The notes below the pieces were generated by a model, which did no database searches, was not told the DNA's origin, and was given only the letters and a program-made list of their open reading frames with translations. Shown piece by piece: positions 48,441 to 58,911 of a DNA stretch of 64,000 nucleotides. Source of the stretch: Planctomycetota bacterium (GTDB taxonomy: Bacteria; Planctomycetota; B15-G4); the NCBI GenBank assembly GCA_965248575.1, contig CBDFJQ010000002.1, positions 5,184,001-5,248,000 of the forward strand, in the 5' to 3' direction. The translations under genes and the position numbers were made by a program. The first letter of the stretch is position 1. Each line of letters starts with the position of its first letter.

Positions 48441-48787
48441 GCGCTCGGCTGGTTGTCCGCGTCCAGCAGGACGACCGTCGGCTCGAAGCCCCGTGCCTCT
48501 TGGTCTTCGAGCATGCAGTAGGAGATGACCAGGATCGTGTCGCCCGTCTCCACGCAGCGTGCCGCGCCGCCGTTGGCACCCATGACACCCGAACCCGCCT
48601 TGCCCTCGAGGATGTATGTCTCGAATCGCTGGCCGTTGTTGAGGTTCACCACCTGCACCTTTTCGTTGGGCAGGAGGTCCGCCATCTCCATGAGATTGCG
48701 GTCCACTTCAAGGCTGCCGCGGTACGCCAGGTTGGCGTGCGTCACGGTGGCGCCGTGGAGCTTGGACTTCATCATGAAGCGCTGCAT
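48437..48787 (-). CDS. panD: Aspartate 1-decarboxylase
   Basis: KSKLH.ATVT.A.L.Y.GS, NG.RFETY, NG.AAR. Confidence 0.95.
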   Translation of the reverse strand: MQRFMMKSKLHGATVTHANLAYRGSLEVDRNLMEMADLLPNEKVQVVNLNNGQRFETYILEGKAGSGVMGANGGAARCVETGDTILVISYCMLEDQEARGFEPTVVLLDADNQPSA

Positions 48788-48857
48788 GAAGAGTGCCTGC
48801 GGGAAGAGGCCGGTCTGAAAGCCTCCTGGGCGCGCGCGGCGAGCAGGAGGGGTGTCC

Positions 48858-49739
48858 TCAGAGAGGCTTTTGGGGGTGTGCCGAAAAGGCCGCCAGCTTA
48901 GCACCCAGGGCGTGGTTGTCGAGCAGGCGCGTAGGCCCCACGGGAGCGGCGACGACCAGCACATCCCCGGCCTCCGCAGTGCTTGGGTGGGAGAAGTCGA
49001 GGGGCCGCACGAGGGCGGCGTAGTCGGGGGGGCGCTGGAGGCCCTGAAGCAGGATCTCGCGCAGGGCCGCCTCCAGCACGCAGGTGGACCGTTCGCCGGC
49101 CTCGAACAGGGTGTTGGCCGCTGCGAGGCTCGCCACGAGGTTGAGCCCCTCCCGCCGCTCGGCTTCCGAGAGATAGGCGTTTCGGCTGGAGAGGGCCAGC
49201 CCGTCCGCGTCCCGCAGCGTGGGGCAGACCACCACCTCGACGGGCATGTCCAGGTCGCGCACCATGCGCTGGATTGCCACGGACTGCTGGAAGTCCTTGT
49301 GCCCGAAGTAGGCCCGTTGCGGCCCCACGAGCTGAAACAGCTTGCACACCACTGTCAGCACCCCGTCGAAATGGTCGGGCCGGGCGGCGCCTTCCAGGGT
49401 GCAGCTGAGGTCTCCCTGGGAGAGCCGCGTGATGTGCCCCGGTGGGTACATCTCGTCCGTCGAGAGGAACAGTACGAGGTTGGCGCCCGCCTGCCTGAGC
49501 AGTGCGGCATCGCCCGCCTCATCCCGCGGGTAATTGTCGAGATCCTCGTGCGCCCCGAACTGCAGCGGGTTCACGAAGACGGTCACCACGACCCCTTGGT
49601 TCTCACGGGCCGCGCGCTCCACCAGCGAGATGTGGCCGGCGTGTAGGGCGCCCATGGTGGGGACCAGGCCGATCTCACCGCCCGCGCGCAAACTCGTGCA
49701 GGCTCGACGGGAGTCTTCGAGTGCGTGGAGGATCTCCAT
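48858..49739 (-). CDS. panC: Pantoate-beta-alanine ligase
   Basis: PTMGALHAGH, FVNPLQF, RPDHFDGV, FG.KD, GLALSSRN. Confidence 0.96.
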   Translation of the reverse strand: MEILHALEDSRRACTSLRAGGEIGLVPTMGALHAGHISLVERAARENQGVVVTVFVNPLQFGAHEDLDNYPRDEAGDAALLRQAGANLVLFLSTDEMYPPGHITRLSQGDLSCTLEGAARPDHFDGVLTVVCKLFQLVGPQRAYFGHKDFQQSVAIQRMVRDLDMPVEVVVCPTLRDADGLALSSRNAYLSEAERREGLNLVASLAAANTLFEAGERSTCVLEAALREILLQGLQRPPDYAALVRPLDFSHPSTAEAGDVLVVAAPVGPTRLLDNHALGAKLAAFSAHPQKPL

Positions 49740-49750
49740 GGGCGGGGCGC

Positions 49751-50236
49751 TCAGGTGTCGCTTGCAGCTCGGGTGTGGGACAGGCTGTCCCTGAGTTCCG
49801 CCATGCTGAGGCCGAGCACGGGGTGTCGCATCTGGGGCGCGATGTCGGCGCAGGGTTCCAGCACGAAGGGGCGCTCGTGGCAGCGCGGGTGCGGTAGCTC
49901 GAGTTCGGCCGTGGCAGAGACCGTTTCGCCAAACAGCACCAGGTCGAGATCCAGGGTCCGTGGGCCGTTGCGCACGAGGCGTTCTCGCCCCGCGTCCGCT
50001 TCGATGTGTTGAAGCAGGTGCAGCAACTCCAGCGCGCTCAAGTCTGTGCGCAGCAGGCAGGCCGCGTTGATGAAGGGGCCGCTCTGCGGGGGAGTCTCGA
50101 CGGCCTGGGTCTCCCTGAAGGCCGACGTGGCGACGAGCTGAACGCCTTCCAGCGTGGCGAGGGAGCGCACGGCGCTCCGCAGCGTGGCGCGTCGGGGGGA
50201 GATGTTGGACCCCATGGCCACCAAGGCAGCGGTCAC
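49751..50236 (-). CDS. folK: HPPK (6-hydroxymethyl-dihydropterin pyrophosphokinase)
   Basis: MGSN, FINA, GPRTLDLDL, PHPR..ERPFVL.P. Confidence 0.95.
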   Translation of the reverse strand: MTAALVAMGSNISPRRATLRSAVRSLATLEGVQLVATSAFRETQAVETPPQSGPFINAACLLRTDLSALELLHLLQHIEADAGRERLVRNGPRTLDLDLVLFGETVSATAELELPHPRCHERPFVLEPCADIAPQMRHPVLGLSMAELRDSLSHTRAASDT

Positions 50237-51147
50237 GTCGGCGTGTCCTGTCTGGGCTCAACCTCGTCACCCTCCTCTTCATCATCTCCGTCCACGGCCC
50301 ATGGCTCCGGCAGCTGCTCCTGGACGGGCAAGCCGGTCATGCGGGCGCGCAGGGCGATCACCATCCCACCCAAGACGTAGGCGATGGAGACGACGAAGAG
50401 GGACCAATCGTGGAACAACAGGATGATGGCCACGATGAGCACCAGCTTCACGAAGGTGGAGCGGCGCGTGCGGTGTCCGACGTAGCGCTGCACCAGGTGC
50501 ACATACGGCAAGTTGGAGACCATCAACAGACCGAGGACGCATGCCAAGAAGGGCAGGCCGCGCATGAAGAAGATGGCCAGCGCGTCGGCCGGGGCCGAGT
50601 CGAGACCGATGTCATTGCGGCCCGAGAAGATGAACAAGCAGGTGGTGACGATCATGCCCGCAGCGGCGGGAGACGGCAGCCCCTGGAAGATGTGGTGGCT
50701 CTCCTCGTCGGTGTCGGTGTTGGCCGAGAAGCGAGCCAGACGCAAGGCCGCACACATGAGGTAGAGCGCCGTCAGGGCCGTCACGACCTTGGGCACGAAG
50801 GGCTGATCCAAGCCCACCTTGCCGTGTTCATAGACGGCCTTGGCGATCAGCGCCGGGGCAGCACCAAAGGTGACGACGTCCGAGAGGGAGTCGAGCAGGG
50901 CACCCACGGCGGAGGCCTGGCCGGTGAGGCGCGCGACGCGCCCATCAAGGGCGTCGAAGATCATGCCGAACAAGATGAACCAGCTGGCCTCGACGATCTT
51001 CTCGGCGAAGACGGGGTCCAGCGGATCGCTTCCTCCGCTGCCGGTCGTGGCATCGACGACCTTGGCCATGGCGACGAAGCCGCACACCAGGTTGCCCAAG
51101 GTGAGGGCTGAGGGAAGGACGGGGATGATGGACATGCGCGTCCTCAT
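50233..51147 (-). CDS. pssA: CDP-diacylglycerol-serine O-phosphatidyltransferase
   Basis: LTLGNL.CG, DALDGRVAR...G..LDSLSD.V.FG.AP, LRLARF, F.GLPSP. Confidence 0.92.
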   Translation of the reverse strand: MRTRMSIIPVLPSALTLGNLVCGFVAMAKVVDATTGSGGSDPLDPVFAEKIVEASWFILFGMIFDALDGRVARLTGQASAVGALLDSLSDVVTFGAAPALIAKAVYEHGKVGLDQPFVPKVVTALTALYLMCAALRLARFSANTDTDEESHHIFQGLPSPAAAGMIVTTCLFIFSGRNDIGLDSAPADALAIFFMRGLPFLACVLGLLMVSNLPYVHLVQRYVGHRTRRSTFVKLVLIVAIILLFHDWSLFVVSIAYVLGGMVIALRARMTGLPVQEQLPEPWAVDGDDEEEGDEVEPRQDTPT

Positions 51148-51148
51148 G

Positions 51149-51817
51149 TCAGTCGGCTCCCGACGCAGCTCGCATGTTGGCCAGCAGGGTTTCGCCGCCC
51201 TTGACGGTGTCACCCACCTTGACGAGCACCTGCTCGAGTTCCTGCGTGGGCACGATGAGCTCGGTGCGTGACCCGAAGCGGATCATGCCGTAGCGCTCGC
51301 CTCGGCAGTAGCTGTCACCCACTTGCACGGGGCAGATGATCCGGCGCGCGATCAGGCCGGTGATCTGCCGGACGCCCACGGAGCGGCCGTCGGGCCGTTC
51401 GAGCACGAGGGTCGCCGCTCGGTTCTCCTCGATGGCGCGCTTGTCCCGGGCATCGTAGAAGCCGCCGTCGCGCGTGCTCATGGCGGTCACCTGGCCGGCA
51501 CATGGCACGCGATTCACGTGCACGTTGAAGACCGAAAGGAAGATGCCGATGCGCGTGCAGCCGGGGCCTACATCCGGGTCGTCCAGCTCGACGATGTCGG
51601 CCACGAGTCCGTCGGCCGGGGACACGAGCTGATCCTCCCCCCCGGTCGCCTGTCGCTCTGGGTCACGGAAGAAGGAGAGGATGAACAGCAGGAGCGGCAA
51701 GGGGACGAGCCACCAAGCCCCTGATGTCGCAGCCCCTAGCCACCAGGACAGCGCGGCGAGAGGCAAGCTGAACAGCAGGAGAGTGCCTGTGGCGTAGGTT
51801 GTGAACGGCCATTTCAT
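51149..51817 (-). CDS. psd: Phosphatidylserine decarboxylase
   Basis: FFRDPER, SPADG, IFLSVFNVHVNR.P, G.IARRI, FGSRT. Confidence 0.93.
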   Translation of the reverse strand: MKWPFTTYATGTLLLFSLPLAALSWWLGAATSGAWWLVPLPLLLFILSFFRDPERQATGGEDQLVSPADGLVADIVELDDPDVGPGCTRIGIFLSVFNVHVNRVPCAGQVTAMSTRDGGFYDARDKRAIEENRAATLVLERPDGRSVGVRQITGLIARRIICPVQVGDSYCRGERYGMIRFGSRTELIVPTQELEQVLVKVGDTVKGGETLLANMRAASGAD

Positions 51818-51941
51818 GGCCGAACACGGTACCCCCTGGGGGATCGGGGGCGGAAGGGGCCCCTCAGCGGCCTCCTTTTGGAAAGACGCACAAGTTCTGA
51901 GGCCAAATGGGCGAAAGGCGCAGGCAAGAGCTCTGCTTCCT

Positions 51942-51947
51942 AGGAGG
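51942..51947 (+). promoter_or_regulatory. Perfect Shine-Dalgarno site
   Basis: AGGAGG 6 nt before ATG 51954. Confidence 0.7.
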
Positions 51948-51953
51948 AAACCC

Positions 51954-52700
51954 ATGCGTTTCATGATTGCCAGTCTGTCGCTGCTTGCCCTTGCAGCCTG
52001 TTCCACGCCGCCCCAGTCCATGAAGGTGAACGACTTCGCCGACCGTGAAGGCCGGGTCCTGCAAGGCGAGATTTCCTACATGGATGTGGGCGGAGACTCC
52101 GTCCGCCACGGGGCCATGCGCTCCTGGTATCCCAGCGGCCAACTGAAGGCCATCGTCAACTACGACACCGACACCCCCGACGGGCGCTGGCTGCAGTGGC
52201 ACAAGAACGGCGAGCTGGCAGCTGAAGGCATCTACGCCGACGGTGTGCGCGACGAATCCTGGACCGAGTGGCACGCCACCGGCGAGAAGAAGGCCGAATG
52301 CAACTACCTCAACGGCCGCCTGCACGGCGCCTTTGCCCTGTGGAGCCCGTCGGGCCAGCAGATGCTGATGGCCGACTACAAGCGCGATCGCCCCGAGGGT
52401 TGGTGGATCGCTTGGTGGGCCAACGGTTCCAAGCGCCTCGATGGCCGCTTCCTGCACGGGAAGCCCCACGGTCGCTGGACGTCCTACCACGCCAACGGTG
52501 AGAAGGCTGGCGAAGGCAGCTACAAGAACGGCATGCGCAGCGGCCTGTGGGTCCTCTGGGAGAGCGACGGCTCCATCCTGGCCAAGGGCCGTTTCCGCGA
52601 CGACCGCCCCATGGGATTCATGGAAGTGGCCAAGTCAGTGGATGACAGCCGGAGCCCTGACGACCTGTTCCGCTTCAACTTTCAGATCCAGGATCGCTAA
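51954..52700 (+). CDS. MORN-variant repeat lipoprotein (YwqK-like)
   Basis: Lipobox LAAC; about 7 repeats of G.W..W..NG....G.Y..G. Confidence 0.85.
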   Translation: MRFMIASLSLLALAACSTPPQSMKVNDFADREGRVLQGEISYMDVGGDSVRHGAMRSWYPSGQLKAIVNYDTDTPDGRWLQWHKNGELAAEGIYADGVRDESWTEWHATGEKKAECNYLNGRLHGAFALWSPSGQQMLMADYKRDRPEGWWIAWWANGSKRLDGRFLHGKPHGRWTSYHANGEKAGEGSYKNGMRSGLWVLWESDGSILAKGRFRDDRPMGFMEVAKSVDDSRSPDDLFRFNFQIQDR

Positions 52701-53001
52701 GCCCAGACCAGCGAGTTCCTGAACGCATCCGGCCTCGGCTGGATGCACCCCGAGGGCGGGCGACCATGGGTCGGCCGCCCTCGGATCAATTCAGGGCCCT
52801 GCAGCCGGGTGGAGATAGCGGGGGCTGCGGGAGTTGCTCTGCCGTGTTCTGCGCTCGCCGTGAGGGGGGGCTCGTGACTAGGATGGCGGCCCTTCGTCGC
52901 CGGGACAGCGAGTCTCGGGGCGGCCACCCTTCTGCTTGCGCGCAGCGGGCCCATCCAGGGCTCACCCGGGCTCAGTCGAACCCGGCCCGCGCATCTGTTG
53001 A

Positions 53002-54276
<1,275 letters not shown>

Positions 54277-54336
54277 TTCGTATGTCTTTTGAAAAACCCC
54301 TCCCGGCGAGGGACCTCGGTGACTAATGTCGCTCGG

Positions 54337-54696
54337 ATGCACCAGCTTGCAGAGATCCTCCGTCGGCACGGTCTGACGCTGCTTCTGACCTCCGCCATGG
54401 TGGTGCTCTATCTACGCGAGACGATGCCTGCGGTGCATGAGCACAACGCATTGCGGGCTCGGCGGGTGCAGGCCGAGGCCGAGTTGGCGCTGCGCAAGCA
54501 AGCGCTCTCGGAAGCCCTGCTCTGGCTTCGTGGCGCGACTGAGGATCCCTTCGTTCAGGCGCGCTTCCGCGATGCCTTCAACCATTCTCCCGACCTGAAC
54601 GGGCCGCGCGTCATGACCGCCGTGCCCTCGCCGGTATCGGCAGGGGCGGGGACCGCGGGCTCAGGGCCCGAAGGGGATGCGGCGCAGGAGCGTTGA
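54337..54696 (+). CDS. FtsB/DivIC-like small bitopic coiled-coil protein
   Basis: Single TM, heptad-like coiled coil, ..EDPFVQARFR; directly after eno. Confidence 0.5.
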   Translation: MHQLAEILRRHGLTLLLTSAMVVLYLRETMPAVHEHNALRARRVQAEAELALRKQALSEALLWLRGATEDPFVQARFRDAFNHSPDLNGPRVMTAVPSPVSAGAGTAGSGPEGDAAQER

Positions 54697-54726
54697 CGAG
54701 CAGCCGCAGCGTGGCAGGCTCATGAG

Positions 54727-56670
54727 ATGAGCGAGCGGTTTTTCGTCTGCGGTGTCGGTGGGTGGCTGCTCCTGTTGGCCTGCGTCTGTGACGGGCAGTT
54801 TGTGGCGCCAGAGGGGGCGGACTACCACAATGGGTCCACCTTGCCCTTGGCGGCAGACGAGGTGTCACGCTCGTTGCTGCAGCGGCTGGAGAATGCGCTG
54901 GCGACGGCCTCCGGGGACGAGGTGGCGAACGTTGTGGCCAGCATGCGCGCACGTGCGCGCCTCGTGGGACGGCCTGACGCCGACTTGGTGCCCTTGGGTG
55001 CTCGGACTCACGTGCCGGTGCTCGAGAAGGCCTTGCGCCTCGTGAACCAACGCGCACCCGAAGCTGTGCGCCTGCGCATCGAGCAGGAAACGCTGGACCT
55101 CATCGCCGAGGCGGTGCGCTTTCGGGACCTGGCGGCCCTGCTCGCCCTCGCCACCCGCAACCGCGCGTTGGAGGCATCACGCACCGCGGCCATGGCCGCC
55201 GCACGTCTGCTGTTCGAGCAGGGGCGCTGGTGGGAGTGCATGAGCTTGGCCAGGCGAGCCGGGGATGCGCCCGGCGCGGCGCAGCTCGTGTTGTCGGCCC
55301 AGGCCCGCGTTCCGCAGCCGGAGGACAAGCGGCACGAGGGCCCGTGGCAGCGCCGCTTCACTTTCTCCCGCCCCGATGACCTGGAGGCGGAGGCCATACC
55401 CTTCTTCTCGGATGGCCGGCCGGGCGAGGTGCTGGTCCAGGATGTGCTGGGGCTCCATGGCCTGAACCTGCGGGAGACGGGGGACGAACTCAGCCAGACC
55501 TTCGAGTCCTTTTTTTGGGGTGAACACGTGCCCGGCCTGGTGGGCGCCCGGCGCAGCTTGCCCGCCCCGCGCCAGCAGATGCACGCCACCCAGGGCGACC
55601 GGGTGGTGACCTCGTTCAACCTGCCCAATGATCGCCGCGACTGGACCCGCCGCAGCCCGCCCACCGACCGCCGGGCGCGCCTGGTGGCCATCGACCTCGG
55701 GCAGGGCAGCTCAAGCCTGGCCTGGGATGCCGAAGGGCCCGACGTCCCGGAGAGCACGGCCTTCGGGCCGGTGCATGTGGTGGGCGACCGGGTCTTCGTC
55801 CAGCTGTTCCGAGTCGGCTTGGAAACGGAGGTCTCCCTGATGGCCTTCCGCTTGTCGGACGGCGCCTTGCTGTTCGAGACTCCGCTGGTGCGTGGCGCCT
55901 CCATCCCTCGCTTTGCCTCCCGCCAAGCCAAGCTGGACGAGGACGAGCTGGACAAGCGGGCGCGGGAAGGAACGGTCGCCGAGCGCTCTGGGGTGGTCTA
56001 CGCGTGCACGGGCTTCGGCGTCGTGGCGGCGGTGGATGGCGTGACGGGCTTGCTGCAGCACACCTTTCGATACGACCGGCTGTTCTCCCTGGACCGCTCG
56101 GTCTACGACCGCTCCTTCCTGTTCGACACCGGGGGTTGGAATCACGAGCCCGTGCGCCTGGCTCGTGAGCGGGTGGTGGTGGCGCCCTCGGATTCGCGCT
56201 TCCTGTATTTCCTCGCCCTGGAGCCCGGCCCCGAGGGGCAGCTGATGCTCGAGGACCCCATTGAGCGCCTGGACCGAGGCGATGTCGTGGCCCTCCTTCC
56301 AAGAGAGCCTGGAGGGACGGCAGATGTTCTTGTGACGCGTCTGAGGGACAACCGCAGTTCGTTGGTGCGCCTCTCAGCCAACGGCAGCACCCTCGCCGCC
56401 AGCCCGCCCTTGCCCGTGGGTGAGCTCCAGAGCGGTCGACCGATCCAGCTCGGGGGGCAGGTGCTGATGCCCACCACGGCCGGGCTGCGGGTCTTCCGGC
56501 CGGAGGAACTCGAGGCCCCACCGACCCTGCTTCCGCAGGTCGAGGGCCTTCCGCCGGTGCGTTCGCTGCACGCCACGGCTGCCGGGCTGATCGGCGTGGC
56601 CCCAGACCCCAGCCTGGGCCGCCTGGACATCCCTCTGGTCCAGATCGTCTATTGGCAAGGGCTGCCCTAG
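54727..56670 (+). CDS. Exported helical + PQQ-like beta-propeller protein
   Basis: Signal peptide; LVAIDL..G..L.W, LMAF...DG.LLFE, GVVAAVDGVTG, VVVAPSDS. Confidence 0.65.
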   Translation: MSERFFVCGVGGWLLLLACVCDGQFVAPEGADYHNGSTLPLAADEVSRSLLQRLENALATASGDEVANVVASMRARARLVGRPDADLVPLGARTHVPVLEKALRLVNQRAPEAVRLRIEQETLDLIAEAVRFRDLAALLALATRNRALEASRTAAMAAARLLFEQGRWWECMSLARRAGDAPGAAQLVLSAQARVPQPEDKRHEGPWQRRFTFSRPDDLEAEAIPFFSDGRPGEVLVQDVLGLHGLNLRETGDELSQTFESFFWGEHVPGLVGARRSLPAPRQQMHATQGDRVVTSFNLPNDRRDWTRRSPPTDRRARLVAIDLGQGSSSLAWDAEGPDVPESTAFGPVHVVGDRVFVQLFRVGLETEVSLMAFRLSDGALLFETPLVRGASIPRFASRQAKLDEDELDKRAREGTVAERSGVVYACTGFGVVAAVDGVTGLLQHTFRYDRLFSLDRSVYDRSFLFDTGGWNHEPVRLARERVVVAPSDSRFLYFLALEPGPEGQLMLEDPIERLDRGDVVALLPREPGGTADVLVTRLRDNRSSLVRLSANGSTLAASPPLPVGELQSGRPIQLGGQVLMPTTAGLRVFRPEELEAPPTLLPQVEGLPPVRSLHATAAGLIGVAPDPSLGRLDIPLVQIVYWQGLP

Positions 56671-56934
56671 TCGCTGGATGCTCGCTGCTTGGGGTGACCC
56701 CAAGACGGCGGTTCTCACCCACACCTGGGCCGCGGGTCACGTCTCAGGGGCGCCGAATGTCGGAACCATGACTGGTCAAGGCGTTCTGATCCCGGCCAGC
56801 GACTGCGCGGTTAACCTCTACGGTCACGCAGGTGGTCGGAGAGCGAGCAATCGCATCCCATAGGACCGCCACCTATATTCATGCCTCCGGCCGTTGCCTC
56901 CCGGCCCGAAGCCAACCCCGAGAGTCCTTCCAGC

Positions 56935-57987
<1,053 letters not shown>

Positions 57988-58911
57988 GGCCGCGGGTGCC
58001 GGAGGTCTACGGAGAGCACGACGCAAGCTCGACCCGAAGGTCGCCGACCGCCTGAGCCGTCTCAACCTGGCTGTAAACCGTGCCGTCGAGGGCTTTCTCG
58101 GCGGGCGGCATCGCAGTCCGCACACCGGTGTTTCGGTGGAGTTCGTGGAGCGTCGGCCCTACGTGCAGGGCGACGATTTGCGGCATTTGGATTGGCGTGC
58201 CTTCGCTCGCAGCGATCGCCTGAGCATCAAGCGCTACGAGGAGGAAACGAACCTCGAGTGCACCTTGGTGGTCGACGTGAGCGCCTCGATGGCCTATCCC
58301 GCCGATGGCGAGCTGAGCAAGTATGACTACGCCTGCCAGGCAGCCATGGCCTTGGCTCATGTGGTGTTGCGCGAGCGGGATGGCGCGGCCTTGGCGCTCT
58401 TCGACCACACCCTCAACCGCATGCTGCCTGCTGCGACCTCGCCCGGCTACCTGTCGGTGATGGGGGAGGCGCTGGTGGAGCGAGACCCCGCCGAGCAAAC
58501 AGACCTGGCCAGCGTGCTGGGGCAACTGACGGAACGCGTGCCCCGGCGCGGCATCGTCGTCCTGCTCTCGGATCTCTTCGGTGATGTGTCCGCACTGGAT
58601 CAAGGGCTGGGTTTCCTGCGGACGCGCAACCACGATGTGATCGTGCTGCACGTCATGCACCACGACGAACTGGTGTTTCCGTTCGACCGCCTCACCCGCT
58701 TCGAAGGCATGGAGGACGACGCGCGGCTGCTGGTGGACGCGCCGGCAATTCGCGAAAGCTACATGGAGGTGGTGAACGAGTGGCGCAATGACGTGCGCCT
58801 CGTGTGCCACAGGCGAGGCGCTGACTACGCCTTGCTCGACAGCTCCCGGCCTCTTGAACTGGTACTGTCGGCCTACCTGGGCACCCGGCTGGGCCGGTTG
58901 GGGAGGTCCCG

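Noticed and set aside
49740..50285. Apparent FolK-PanC fusion or PanC extension
   Set aside because: folK is in a different frame with its own stop at 49751; PanC starts at 49739.
51954..52700. YwqK-type antitoxin or toxin-antitoxin system
   Set aside because: MORN-variant lipoprotein with no adjacent toxin; the repeat is widespread.
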